From a virus (taxonomy: Duplodnaviria > Caudoviricetes): 64,000 nt of DNA. The position numbers and the translations under genes are program-made. The stretch covers positions 128,001 through 192,000 of IMG/VR virus record IMGVR_UViG_3300037067_027616; one strand, written 5' to 3'. Numbering within the stretch: position 1 is the first letter of the stretch; each line of letters begins with the position of its first letter. Shown piece by piece: positions 40,537 through 50,344 of the stretch. The notes beneath the pieces were generated by a model. It was given only the letters and a program-made list of their open reading frames with translations, did not search any database and had not been told where the DNA came from.

Positions 40537-41493
40537 TCAGAAAGGTCTATCATCAAGTTGCAGAACGACTAAATTAAGGTCACGCCAATTTGCACAGACC
40601 GATGGACGGTCATCCACCACGTAGCGAACGTCATATTTCCCGGCAACGTTGGCCTCGTACAGTTCACGTTTGACAGTGGTATCCGGCCTTGAATCCCCCG
40701 TAACGCGCATGAAAAAAGGTCCATCAGACGGCAACCCGGCTACATCGGAGAGCCATTGGCACGTGCCTGTGCGCCACTTGTCTTCCCTACCGGACATGAA
40801 AATAAGAGCATGCCCGGCATCCATAAGTAGTTTGACCAAAGTTACAACGTGCGCGAACGGGACATCCTCCATCAATCGGGATCCATCATAGGGGTTCCTG
40901 ATGCCCCGAGACAAGGCCAGCGTCCCATCGATGTCCACAATGATAGCCTTTGGAAGGCCTGGGATGTCCACAGGCGCCGAGTATGGCTCGATGGGGTAGT
41001 ATTGAGTCCGGCATTCGATGTGCTTTCCTTTCACATGCTTGCGGTGCATATCACGGATTATCTGCTCCGGCACGCGCTCGGACTCGGGTCGACCCTCATT
41101 ACGACGTATGGCTTCGTTCAAGTCTACATCAAAATACTTCTCGACTACCATGACATCGCCCACGCGTTTGGCGATGCGACACATGCTGTCCCAATGTTTA
41201 TCGGAGAAGTTAGTGTCATCCACGATGACATCGAAATCTCGGAGTAGCGACCTTTGGACGGCGTAATCCCGGATGTCGAGCATGAACCGTTCTTGCGCCG
41301 GGGACCAAGCCTCCCCATCAAGCATGGCGCGGAGGAGATCCTTGTTGACGCGCTTGAACCTTTTAGGGCTCCTACGCATCTCCTCTTTCGTCCACGTACT
41401 TTTTCCACTGGCTGGAATTCCTTTAGTCATTATGATGGTTCGCATGCTTGACCCCTTGCCAAACCGTTTGGCTTTACAGGTTTGCTTAACCAA
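40537..41493 (-). CDS. pseT: polynucleotide 5'-kinase/3'-phosphatase (T4 PseT-like)
   Basis: GIPASGKST kinase plus DIDGT HAD, DDRP; start probably at 41445. Confidence 0.9.
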   Translation of the reverse strand: MVKQTCKAKRFGKGSSMRTIIMTKGIPASGKSTWTKEEMRRSPKRFKRVNKDLLRAMLDGEAWSPAQERFMLDIRDYAVQRSLLRDFDVIVDDTNFSDKHWDSMCRIAKRVGDVMVVEKYFDVDLNEAIRRNEGRPESERVPEQIIRDMHRKHVKGKHIECRTQYYPIEPYSAPVDIPGLPKAIIVDIDGTLALSRGIRNPYDGSRLMEDVPFAHVVTLVKLLMDAGHALIFMSGREDKWRTGTCQWLSDVAGLPSDGPFFMRVTGDSRPDTTVKRELYEANVAGKYDVRYVVDDRPSVCANWRDLNLVVLQLDDRPF

Positions 41494-42470
41494 TGTTCAT
41501 CGGTTTGTACGTGGTTCTTTCTAACTAGTTTTGCCGTACTCCTTGAAAACGCCTCATATCTGAAATCAGAGGCAAGTCTTACCACGTATCCTTCAACAGG
41601 GTCGGGGCTGGCGGCACAATATTTCTCAAAGGATCTATCTACGAACTCCCTCCCCCATACTTCATGATAGAACACGGGTACTGTTTGAAGCCCTAGCAAT
41701 TTAGAATAGGTGGCTGTATCGTGCCAAGAAAGGCACCTGTTAAGGTCATCCCATATCGAGTAAACGAGAAAAAAAGAGGGGAGATTTTTGTAGGCTATGC
41801 TGTGTTCGGCATACAGGTTCTCCCCACAAACACGCCATTTTTTTGGGATATCATGTTTGATTGACCCGTGAAGGGCATGTACCCAATCGCGGCTTGGGTG
41901 CGGTCCGGAGTTTACCGATCGTGCAAATACCTTTTCTTGAGTCATCGTGGTACACTCACCGTCCATCTTCACCGTAGCCACCACTTCCTTGCCGTCAAAC
42001 AAGTTGTCGTCTTTATGCATCCTGTCATCGTTTTGGACATTTGGGGAATACGAAAAATGATACGTGCGGGGGTATTTGATGTTCCATGTGAATGAATCAA
42101 GCACTCCACCATCTTTCAAAGCTATCCGGACGCTGTCCTTCAAGAACAAGGGTCCTGGATAGCGGACGCCTGTAGGTTCCACCACATTTCCCCAGTGGTC
42201 GTATTCGTTCTCCTCATCGAAACCAGGAGGACATACACGTGACTTGATACCCGCTTTTTCCCGGAGCACGGAACACGGAATAACAGTCCGTTCTGCATCG
42301 AGGTGACAACGTTCGCACAAAGTTACTCCGTTTTCGGTGTAATACCCACCATCGGGCCACAAGCTTCTATCCATCAAGTGGTGCACGGCCGTACCGCGCG
42401 CCGGACACCCCACGCAGAGTCCCTGGTCGCGTTTCCTCACAGCTATGTTGAATTCATCCCTTGTTGGCAT
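41430..42470 (-). CDS. HNH domain fused to ATP-dependent RNA ligase
   Basis: RDQGLC..C..HH..N..LC..CH; KYPRTYH, KMDGE, EGYVVR, KLVRKNH. Confidence 0.85.
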   Translation of the reverse strand: MPTRDEFNIAVRKRDQGLCVGCPARGTAVHHLMDRSLWPDGGYYTENGVTLCERCHLDAERTVIPCSVLREKAGIKSRVCPPGFDEENEYDHWGNVVEPTGVRYPGPLFLKDSVRIALKDGGVLDSFTWNIKYPRTYHFSYSPNVQNDDRMHKDDNLFDGKEVVATVKMDGECTTMTQEKVFARSVNSGPHPSRDWVHALHGSIKHDIPKKWRVCGENLYAEHSIAYKNLPSFFLVYSIWDDLNRCLSWHDTATYSKLLGLQTVPVFYHEVWGREFVDRSFEKYCAASPDPVEGYVVRLASDFRYEAFSRSTAKLVRKNHVQTDEHWLSKPVKPNGLARGQACEPS

Positions 42471-42607
42471 TGTCCTGCGCTTCTTTCAAAACATCATCAA
42501 TGGTTTCGTCCGGTTTTCCCTCCAAGCGCCTAGCCTTAAGTCTTATGCGCTCGAGCTTCAAACCAGGCTCCAAGGCATCAGCGCCTATGTCATATCCAAT
42601 ATATTGC

Positions 42608-43264
42608 TCAAGCATTTTGCGACCTCAACTTCATAAGAGAGAGGGCAATGTTTGCACGTGCCAGCTTCTCATACTTATTTCGGAACGTATTTGTCTGGTA
42701 GATTTGCGGCCGACGCATGAACCCATCGAGGATCAGTTGCCTGCCTGTGGAGAATTCTTTGTCATTTACGTGTGCGTATTCCTTTCGTATTTGACTCTCG
42801 TACTCCGAAAATCTTTCCCAGGGACTTCCCAAAATGGCCAAATCAATGTCCGCGACAAGGGCTGCATCTCCAGAAAGGGCGTCCACGTGACGGGTTGCCA
42901 ATATAAGTTCCATTACGGCATCGTGGAATACCTTGTCTTCGATGCCAAGGCGCAGGCAATCAAAAAGGGCCTTGTTTGCGCTCAAACGTTCGTTTCCGGT
43001 AGCTGTTGGTTCATAAACTATGTCGTGGTACCACAAAGCCATTTCTACGGTAATAGGATTAGAACACTCCATGGATACTCCGCCAAATTCGTGCAAGCAC
43101 TCCTCGATATGGCGAAGGTTGTGGTAATGTCTATGTTCTTGGCTGTATAGCCTGAGAAGTTCCTCGGCTAGTTCATCTGCGATACCTGGGTGGCTTATGG
43201 CGCCGCGCGGCATCCTGCAGTAGAAATTCTTCAAAAGGCATAAGAGTGGATATTCTCTATCCAT
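42608..43264 (-). CDS. HD-superfamily metal-dependent phosphohydrolase
   Basis: RHYHNLRH, WYHD, DIDLAILG, IRKEY. Confidence 0.85.
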   Translation of the reverse strand: MDREYPLLCLLKNFYCRMPRGAISHPGIADELAEELLRLYSQEHRHYHNLRHIEECLHEFGGVSMECSNPITVEMALWYHDIVYEPTATGNERLSANKALFDCLRLGIEDKVFHDAVMELILATRHVDALSGDAALVADIDLAILGSPWERFSEYESQIRKEYAHVNDKEFSTGRQLILDGFMRRPQIYQTNTFRNKYEKLARANIALSLMKLRSQNA

Positions 43265-44376
43265 ACGTTCATCCCGGTAAGGGTGCCTGCATTGATCTCC
43301 CCGCTGTTATCAATTTCGAGCATTGAACCGTGTTGACACTCCTTGATTTTTCCCTCTATCAATGACCTTTTGTGATCCGCATCCAACTGTGAATTCATGC
43401 GGCGCTCTATTTCGTCATCCCCGTAATTGCGTTCCTTGAGGCGCTTGCGCCGAACATCCTTGTTGGCAGTAACAAGAATGACGTTGTTGTTTACGATGTG
43501 CAATCCGTTGGCATCAGCGAGTAGTGCGCCGCTTATAATTACTATGCTGTTTCTTTTAGAGAGGTAATCTCGGCGAAGGTAGTATAAGATAGGTTCGAGC
43601 ATGATGTCGTTGTATGAACAACGCAACACCTCGTCAGAGAAAACGGCCTTGGACAGTTCCTGGATGTTTACTTTTCCGTTTTCTAACGAGACACTCAGTT
43701 CCGATGAAATCTCCCGGCGAACATCAGCACACACGGGATCCTCGTGGTTTAAAAGTATATCTTTTGCTATGCGATCCAAATCAGCATCCACCAAAGAGAA
43801 CCACGCCGGACCATAAGAATCCTTGAACTTCTGTTTGTATTTCTCCACAAGGAACGATTTACCCGCCCCAATTTCTCCAGTCACGCCAATACGAACTTGT
43901 TTGAGCATCCTCTCTTCCAAGGCCTGCTTAACAGACATCGGCACATACTCGAGGATCTCTTTTGCGGAATGAGCCTGCAGTTCCTTTACCGCGCTGGAAC
44001 TCACATGAGAAAGGGATTGGTCGGCTATGATCAAAAAGGTATCGATGCCCATCCTTTGGCCATAGTTGATATCGTGCAATATCTGCTCGAAGGCAAAGTC
44101 GGTGCTGTTGCGGACGCCACGTATGATGGTGCGTATGTTTTTGCTGTAGGCAAAATCAACGAGGAGGCCCTCAAACGGCACCACCTCCACGTTGATGCGG
44201 TTGAGAGCCTTGCGTGCCAAAGCGACACGTTCCTCTATTGAGAACGTATATTTCTTTGATACGTTGTTTCCGATCCCTACGATGACCTTGTCAAACACGC
44301 GCAAGGCTCTGTTTACGATGTCGATATGACCGTACGTTATTGGGTCAGCACTCAACGCATAAATTGCCTCACGCAT
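43231..44376 (-). CDS. coaD: phosphopantetheine adenylyltransferase-dephospho-CoA kinase fusion (CoaD-CoaE)
   Basis: DPITYGH, IRGVR, VSSSAVKE; then GVTGEIGAGKS, DAD, RMNSQL. Confidence 0.85.
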   Translation of the reverse strand: MREAIYALSADPITYGHIDIVNRALRVFDKVIVGIGNNVSKKYTFSIEERVALARKALNRINVEVVPFEGLLVDFAYSKNIRTIIRGVRNSTDFAFEQILHDINYGQRMGIDTFLIIADQSLSHVSSSAVKELQAHSAKEILEYVPMSVKQALEERMLKQVRIGVTGEIGAGKSFLVEKYKQKFKDSYGPAWFSLVDADLDRIAKDILLNHEDPVCADVRREISSELSVSLENGKVNIQELSKAVFSDEVLRCSYNDIMLEPILYYLRRDYLSKRNSIVIISGALLADANGLHIVNNNVILVTANKDVRRKRLKERNYGDDEIERRMNSQLDADHKRSLIEGKIKECQHGSMLEIDNSGEINAGTLTGMNVWIENIHSYAF

Positions 44377-44385
44377 GTTATCTCC

Positions 44386-44976
44386 TTACGCAGCCACAAG
44401 TTCATTAAGATACTTCTTGTACGCCACGTGGGCTTCGTTTTCAGGGTTGTAGTTGAACGAAACAAACGCCCATCCACCCCTGCGGATCTTTGGCTCGACC
44501 GGAGTCCGGATAAGTTTCAACCCGGCTTCTTTAGGCGTCCTTCCGCCTTTGCGTCTGATATTGCACGTCTTGCAAGCGCAAACGCAGTTTTCGTAACTGT
44601 CAGCACCCCCACGCCATTGAGGAAAGATGTGGTCGATGGTACGGTCGTTCGCGGTGCACTTGTACACGAAACGATGACCAAATTCGTCATAGTGCCAATA
44701 TTGGCAGTTGTTTTGGTCGCGTTCGTACACCAGGTCGTCACTGTAATGAAGCGGCCCGGCTTTGATTGAGCAACCAAAAAACGTCTTGAGCATCACGACA
44801 AGCGGTATGGGCATGACGAAATGATTTCCGTTTCTGTTATATGCTGCTCGGATTTGCTTAGATTCGTCTGCCTTGACCATGACTACCTTGTTTTTCACGT
44901 GAAGCTTTATGACGTCCTTAATAGACCTGTCTCCCCAATACTGACCACTACCGTTCAATACAACGACCGACCCCAT
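44386..44976 (-). CDS. HNH endonuclease
   Basis: VVVLN N-terminus, RDQNNCQY, TIDHIFP, NCVCACKTCN..KG. Confidence 0.85.
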   Translation of the reverse strand: MGSVVVLNGSGQYWGDRSIKDVIKLHVKNKVVMVKADESKQIRAAYNRNGNHFVMPIPLVVMLKTFFGCSIKAGPLHYSDDLVYERDQNNCQYWHYDEFGHRFVYKCTANDRTIDHIFPQWRGGADSYENCVCACKTCNIRRKGGRTPKEAGLKLIRTPVEPKIRRGGWAFVSFNYNPENEAHVAYKKYLNELVAA

Positions 44977-44998
44977 GATGGACCTCCTTCCTCGGAAC

Positions 44999-45046
44999 TT
45001 AAAGTAAGAACAAAGCGTTAAGACCCAACCATTCTCTCGCTTTCAT
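44999..45046 (-). CDS. putative Leu-rich leader peptide MKAREWLGLNALFLL
   Basis: AAGGAGG RBS; lies between promoter and HNH gene. Confidence 0.6.
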   Translation of the reverse strand: MKAREWLGLNALFLL

Positions 45047-45096
45047 ACGACCCTCCTTTTAACAGCACGGATTGTTTGCATGTGCTCATATGCAGT

Positions 45097-45126
45097 AATA
45101 TACTAAAATACATAGCGTTGTGTCAA
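45097..45126 (-). promoter_or_regulatory. sigma70-type promoter of HNH-CoaDE-HD-ligase-PNKP operon
   Basis: TTGACA-18-TATATT. Confidence 0.75.
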
Positions 45127-45132
45127 CCTAAA

Positions 45133-45732
45133 TCACGCGCTTCGCGACAATGCTTTAAGATGCTCGAAGCATTCCATGACACGGTCGAGGAGCCCGATTG
45201 AATCAACTACGATGAACTTTTTGGGCGGGAACAATTTGAAGATGAAGGGTATCAAGCTGTCGGCCTCTTTGCGCCATCTTTCATCTAACTGTTCTGCAGA
45301 CCTGACGTTGTCGTCCACGGCCGCCATCACGGGCGGTAAGTGAAATACGATGTCGTAGCGCCTCGGTACATTCAGTTCACACAGCCTCGCGAAAAGATCG
45401 GATGCATACATGGCATCCTTTTTACTGTCTTGTTTCATTAGCATCGCATAAAGCCACCCGAGGTGTATGGGGCTGTCAGTTACCATGGCGTCCACAGGGG
45501 TTATGACCGCCCTATCCTCCCACTCTACCTGCCTCATGGAAACGGTGTATTGATCGGCAAGCGTGTCGATAGGGCCGTACTCGGCGATGTGCGCCCTGGC
45601 GTACTCGTGCACGAGTTCCACGCGCTTCATCCAATCGGTTTCAGTCCCGCACAATCCTGCGAGGGCGCGTGCGGTGCTCGTTTTACCTGACCCGGGTACG
45701 CCTGCGAATGCTATCCTTAATGGGTTTGACAC
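45133..45732 (-). CDS. NadR-type (AAA_28) kinase
   Basis: RIAFAGVPGSGKTS, HEYAR, DDNVR. Confidence 0.75.
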   Translation of the reverse strand: MSNPLRIAFAGVPGSGKTSTARALAGLCGTETDWMKRVELVHEYARAHIAEYGPIDTLADQYTVSMRQVEWEDRAVITPVDAMVTDSPIHLGWLYAMLMKQDSKKDAMYASDLFARLCELNVPRRYDIVFHLPPVMAAVDDNVRSAEQLDERWRKEADSLIPFIFKLFPPKKFIVVDSIGLLDRVMECFEHLKALSRSA

Positions 45733-45900
45733 CGTTTTTCTCCAAATTGTCTATGTATATTTTCAAGATGTCTTCCACCATTTGATTCAAAGTTATGTCT
45801 TTGCGGTGCGCTTCATTGAAGAGCCACCACAAAATATCCTCTTTGATTTCAATGGTAATCTTCACACGGCCGTCTTTTTTCATAATCACCTTTCTGTAAT

Positions 45901-45985
45901 TGGCGGAGGATGAGAGGGTCGAACTCCCACGACCTTTCAGTCACGTGTGTTCCAGACACGCCACTTACCATTAGTGTAATCCTCC
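45901..45985 (-). tRNA. tRNA-Ser(GGA)
   Basis: Cloverleaf, long V-arm, CCA encoded. Confidence 0.9.
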
Positions 45986-45995
45986 ATTAATTCGG

Positions 45996-46078
45996 CGGCG
46001 GGCAGAGGACTCGAACCCCTACACCCTTTCGGGCGCCTGATCTCGAATCAGGTGCATTACCAATTATGCAAGCCCGCC
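45996..46078 (-). tRNA. tRNA-Ser(CGA)
   Basis: Cloverleaf; followed by CCG, so CCA not encoded. Confidence 0.9.
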
Positions 46079-46329
46079 TTCCAGCATTTTCTTGACCTTG
46101 TTGAGATCCTCTTCAACTTTTGACATGTCATTGGCAACCATGTCAAGTGCATCGATTTCGTTCTCGTTGAAATTTGTGTCAGACTCCACCCGGCTCTCCT
46201 CCACATCAACATATTTGTCTACGAACACCACCAAATTCGAAAAGTCCTCGATGGCACCTTTGAATTTGGATCGCAGTTGGGCCTCGACAAGTAATTTTTC
46301 TATTTCATCTGCCATAGGATCCCACACAA

Positions 46330-46421
46330 TGGTGGAGGGAGCAAGATTTGAACTTGCGGGAGAGTTGCCCCTCCTCTAGTTTTCAAGACTAGCGCGATAA
46401 ACCAGGCTCTGCCATCCCTCC
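46330..46421 (-). tRNA. tRNA-Ser(TGA)
   Basis: Cloverleaf, long V-arm, CCA. Confidence 0.9.
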
Positions 46422-46572
46422 TCATTTATGAATCGTTCTTTGCACCATGCACTCGACACAAAACCGTATGGCTCGTATCCTGTGCAGGATGTCCTCGAGC
46501 AGGCGGTCGGCTTCCTCCGCCTTCTTCGAGGCCTCGATGTCTTTGTTCTTTGGCTGTGTGTCTTCCATGAAG

Positions 46573-46815
46573 TCAACCTCCAGCGCCTTTGGAACTCTTG
46601 GTATTTTTGCCCCACTCCACGTATCCATAACACGCGATTGCCAAGAATACTGCAAATAACACGACATTGTACAATTCATTCTTGTAGTATCCTACAGCCA
46701 CGAGTATCACGTTGGCGGCGATGTAGAACATAAAACCGATGCGGTTCCTGCGCGCGTTGAGGAGCGCCCCAATTACCCCGAGAAGACTTCCGATCCACCC
46801 AAACACATCAGTCAT
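46573..46815 (-). CDS. PnuC-like small membrane protein
   Basis: Three TM segments, C-terminal YGYVEW motif. Confidence 0.6.
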   Translation of the reverse strand: MTDVFGWIGSLLGVIGALLNARRNRIGFMFYIAANVILVAVGYYKNELYNVVLFAVFLAIACYGYVEWGKNTKSSKGAGG

Positions 46816-47054
46816 TTCAACGGCCCCCGAAGATGACCCACAGCCAGCACACCAAGGATATTAGGAACGGGTAAAAAAGTGGGAACGTTGCTTTTTTGCC
46901 TTTCATTGCGTCATTCAGTTGCTCTAACTTTCCCCAATTGGTGCTCGTGTAACATACAAAGAGTAACAACCGAAGTATGAAAATAAGACCGAACAGTATA
47001 CCGAGCGACCAAGATAAAGCGTTCAAAAAGGCCACGACTTCCTCCTTGAATAAT

Positions 47055-47138
47055 TGGTGCGCCGAGAGAGCATCGAACTCACACGGGTTTCCCCACTGGC
47101 TCCTAAGACCAGCGCGTCTGCCATTCCGCCACCGGCGC
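47055..47138 (-). tRNA. tRNA-Leu(TAG)
   Basis: Cloverleaf, CCA. Confidence 0.9.
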
Positions 47139-47480
47139 TCAATCAAATACCCCGGGGTCGAATTTTGAATTCTTGTAACTGTAACATGTCAATATTACTT
47201 TTTCGCATGGGTCATATCGCGGTCCGTATTCATGCACGACCACTATGAGATTGCCATATTTGTAATACACTGCGTCCTTGAGATACTTTATGGTTTGCCT
47301 CAAACTCTTTTTGGGGGACACAGGAATCAAATCCCCGCGTAAATAAGCGTTTATAAGTCGTTGCTTGGTCAACACCTCATTGATTTTATCGTCTATGCGT
47401 GTACGATATTGCTTGATCGCATGTGGGGCGACTATTACAAATTTACGTAGCTTCGACAGTTGACGATAGGTGACCATCAT
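47139..47480 (-). CDS. hypothetical protein
   Basis: ORF overlapping HPr stop; HAIKQY motif. Confidence 0.6.
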   Translation of the reverse strand: MMVTYRQLSKLRKFVIVAPHAIKQYRTRIDDKINEVLTKQRLINAYLRGDLIPVSPKKSLRQTIKYLKDAVYYKYGNLIVVVHEYGPRYDPCEKVILTCYSYKNSKFDPGVFD

Positions 47481-47749
47481 TCCACCATAAAATTCTCGAG
47501 GATGTCAGCTATTTCTTTGTATGCTTTTTCCTCTTCGGGGCCGCGCACCACAAGACTGACTGTTTTTCCTCCGTCCACCGCGAGCGACAGGAGACTCAAG
47601 ATGCTTTTGGCATCCGCCTTCATGCCGTTCTCCGGGTTCTCAATGGTTATTTCAGTGTTGTCGTACTCCTTGGCCCTTTGACAAATGCACAGCGAAGGTC
47701 TTGCGTGTAGTCCTATCTCGCTGCGTAACCTTACCGTTCCCTTTACCAT
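47477..47749 (-). CDS. ptsH: HPr-family phosphocarrier protein
   Basis: GLHARP, DAKSILSLL. Confidence 0.9.
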   Translation of the reverse strand: MVKGTVRLRSEIGLHARPSLCICQRAKEYDNTEITIENPENGMKADAKSILSLLSLAVDGGKTVSLVVRGPEEEKAYKEIADILENFMVE

Positions 47750-47765
47750 TTCAACCTTTCTTCCT

Positions 47766-47841
47766 TGGAGCCGATGAAGGGACTCAAACCCCCGACCCCC
47801 GCATTACAGGTGCGGTGCTCTATCAGCTGAGCTACATCGGC
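47766..47841 (-). tRNA. tRNA-Thr(TGT)
   Basis: Cloverleaf; C33, A19-U56. Confidence 0.85.
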
Positions 47842-47846
47842 TTATG

Positions 47847-48131
47847 TCAATATTCGTAATGTCCACGATCTTGATCACGCTCTTCTCTATCCCGGCGGCT
47901 CTTCCTCTTCTGCGGGAATTTGTCGAGCATCGCCTTCCTGATTGCATCCTTACGTTTCCGGCGTTTCTGCTCACTCGGTTTCTCGTACGAGCGCCTCTTC
48001 TTCAGTTCTGCGAGGATACCTGCGGACTCGGCGACCCTTTTGAACCTCCTGAGCATCCTCTCGATATTCTCCATACCGCCCTTGGTGTCTACTACTCCGT
48101 ACATTTTTGCTCCTTTGAATGTGTCCTTCAA
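47847..48131 (-). CDS. rpsU: ribosomal protein bS21
   Basis: ENIERMLRRFKR...YEKPSEQKRRK. Confidence 0.9.
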   Translation of the reverse strand: MKDTFKGAKMYGVVDTKGGMENIERMLRRFKRVAESAGILAELKKRRSYEKPSEQKRRKRKDAIRKAMLDKFPQKRKSRRDREERDQDRGHYEY

Positions 48132-49042
48132 GCCCTGCGCATCAAATCCGATACGAGGTGCTTTACTACTGGTGGTGGAAAACCGTTTCCTATACCCTCG
48201 AGCATTTTCGTCCTCGAAAGTACATTAATATCATATTCGTCACCGAGTCCTTGCAACCTCGCCGCAAGTCTGGGGCCACACATGTGAAGTTCCCCCGAGG
48301 GCATGACCACAACCCCATAAGGAACCCCTCGTTTGTAGTTGCTGACTACCGTACCAGCCACCACGTCAAAACGTAACGGTGGATGTCTCTTGCACCTTTT
48401 CGGGTCGCGAAACCAATACTTTTTCTCGTTGTAACTCATGGGACGCGTCAAAGGTTGCGTGTCCTTTTCAGGAGAATCGTAGAGATATTCCCGGACAAGG
48501 CTGGGTTTTTCCCAAGGTTCCTCCGGGTATGTCACGTTCCACTGTATCTTTTTAGAGCAGAGCATAACAACACGGCGCCTGTTCTGCGGCACACCATAAT
48601 CATAGCAGTTTATTTCTTGGCAGTCTACTGCGTACCCGCGTGCTTTCAAATCATTTATTATGGTACATAAATAGCTTTTAAACCGCGAAAGCCCAAAGCT
48701 GTTCTCGATAAGTACGTGATCCGGGTTGCACCGATCAATTGCCCTGAAGAAATGCGGGAAGGTGTTGCGTGAATCGTCTTCCCCCTTTGTGCCAAATCTG
48801 TTGGCACCTGGGGAAAAAGCCTTGCAGACGGGACCTCCGCTGAGAAGGTCACATTCAGTTATCTCGTATTTGTCGACATCTGCGCATATAGCTACGGGAC
48901 TGAGGTACATTGGTTGGCTGTTGTAGGCTTGCACAAACTTCGGGTCGATCTCGCAAGCCCCGACTACATTGGCCCCTGCCTGTGTCATACCCCAAGAGGA
49001 TAGTCCTACGCCAGAGAAGATTTCGACTACACGCATGCTCAC
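48128..49042 (-). CDS. C5 cytosine DNA methyltransferase
   Basis: FSGVG, GGPVC, EN, PQNRRR, GNG. Confidence 0.85.
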   Translation of the reverse strand: MSMRVVEIFSGVGLSSWGMTQAGANVVGACEIDPKFVQAYNSQPMYLSPVAICADVDKYEITECDLLSGGPVCKAFSPGANRFGTKGEDDSRNTFPHFFRAIDRCNPDHVLIENSFGLSRFKSYLCTIINDLKARGYAVDCQEINCYDYGVPQNRRRVVMLCSKKIQWNVTYPEEPWEKPSLVREYLYDSPEKDTQPLTRPMSYNEKKYWFRDPKRCKRHPPLRFDVVAGTVVSNYKRGVPYGVVVMPSGELHMCGPRLAARLQGLGDEYDINVLSRTKMLEGIGNGFPPPVVKHLVSDLMRRA

Positions 49043-49051
49043 CTGTCCATT

Positions 49052-49139
49052 TGGTGCCCGAACCCGGACTTGAACCGGGACGAGGGTTTACCCCCAAGAG
49101 GGTTTAAGCCTCTTGTGTCTTCCATTCCACCACTCGGGC
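49052..49139 (-). tRNA. tRNA-Leu(TAA)
   Basis: Cloverleaf, CCA. Confidence 0.9.
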
Positions 49140-49157
49140 AAAACCTGAAACAAAATA

Positions 49158-49772
49158 CTACTTGCCGGCGACGATGTAAACCCCGGGGGTGCCGTATCCT
49201 TCATAATTCTCGGCCTCCCGGATGCTGTACCCTATCCCCCGCATTTCCTCTACGAGGGTCCTTTTTGAGTATCCGCACGTGTGGAATTGCCCCGGGTCCA
49301 CCGGTGGATCCTCAACATCGCCGCATTCCATGTCGGCTTGGTAACCGAAAAGTGTGTATAAAAACCATCGACGCGAATTCGCGTTCAAGTCCCCACGAAG
49401 AAGGACTCCCATTATCATGTCTATGTCCGGCATGCTGAGGAGCAGGGTGCCCCCAGGCTTAAGAACACGGTGCCAATCTTTCAATGCCAACTTTGCTCTT
49501 CGTATCGGGAGATGCTCCAATGAATGAGCCGAAAAAAGTCCGTCTGCCGTGTTGGGTTTCATCGGTAGCTTGTAGATGTCAGCCTTCAACACTGATGGGA
49601 GCCGTGTATATCGATCGATGTTCACAAACCCTTGCAGAATACGCTTTCCGGAGCCAAGATTTAGGTACACCCCCGGGACATCCACCGCCCTTTTAAACAT
49701 GTCAGCCTCAATCGATTTGAGTCTTTCTCGGGCGTCCACATAGGACTTTGGCAAGTTAAAGGGGGTGCCCAT
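49158..49772 (-). CDS. class I SAM-dependent methyltransferase
   Basis: LNLGSG, HSLEH, RVLKPGG. Confidence 0.85.
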   Translation of the reverse strand: MGTPFNLPKSYVDARERLKSIEADMFKRAVDVPGVYLNLGSGKRILQGFVNIDRYTRLPSVLKADIYKLPMKPNTADGLFSAHSLEHLPIRRAKLALKDWHRVLKPGGTLLLSMPDIDMIMGVLLRGDLNANSRRWFLYTLFGYQADMECGDVEDPPVDPGQFHTCGYSKRTLVEEMRGIGYSIREAENYEGYGTPGVYIVAGK

Positions 49773-49778
49773 ATTGTG

Positions 49779-49807
49779 AATATACTAACTCGGTGTCCTT
49801 TTGTAAA
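49779..49807 (-). promoter_or_regulatory. possible internal sigma70 promoter (leaderless mRNA)
   Basis: TTTACA-17-TATATT just upstream of ATG. Confidence 0.5.
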
Positions 49808-49882
49808 CATCGATCCACCAATAAGTTGTTTATATCCCCTTCCGTTATGCAGGCGGCACACCAGTAACCTGAGGCACGCATC

Positions 49883-50257
49883 ATGGAAGAACAAGAATTA
49901 AAAGAAGTAATCCAAAAGCAACAGGTCGAATCCTGTGATGAGAGGTATGTCCTTGAAAAGGTATATTGGCAACGCACGGTCAAAATGCTTGTCATGATCG
50001 TGTCACTGCTGATCACATTATCAGGAGGCATAATCGCTTGGGGTTTCAAGACTTCCGCAGAGGTTACAAACAACACCCAAGGCAGACGGGAAATCGAACG
50101 CAGGATTAGTGACATCGAATCCTTTTACAGAATTGCCAACGAAAACTACAGCAATGTTGCCAAAAACCAATTGGAAGCCCTACAATACTCACAGAGATTG
50201 AGCAGAAAATTGGACATCCTCATAGAACGGGCCGGGGCAAAATATTTGGAAGAGTAG
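49883..50257 (+). CDS. single-TM coiled-coil membrane protein
   Basis: Hydrophobic segment; GAGG RBS; opposite strand to neighbours. Confidence 0.65.
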   Translation: MEEQELKEVIQKQQVESCDERYVLEKVYWQRTVKMLVMIVSLLITLSGGIIAWGFKTSAEVTNNTQGRREIERRISDIESFYRIANENYSNVAKNQLEALQYSQRLSRKLDILIERAGAKYLEE

Positions 50258-50260
50258 GTG

Positions 50261-50336
50261 TGGTGGAGCCTGAGAGAGTCGAACTCTCGGTCTCCTGCGT
50301 GCAAGGCAGGCGCTTTTCCAATTAAGCTAAGGCCCC
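50261..50336 (-). tRNA. tRNA-Ala(TGC)
   Basis: Cloverleaf, G3-U70, CCA. Confidence 0.92.
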
Positions 50337-50344
50337 ACAATGTT

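Noticed and set aside
44386-44976. Intron-borne homing endonuclease
   Set aside because: Free-standing first gene of an operon; no interrupted host gene or group I core seen.
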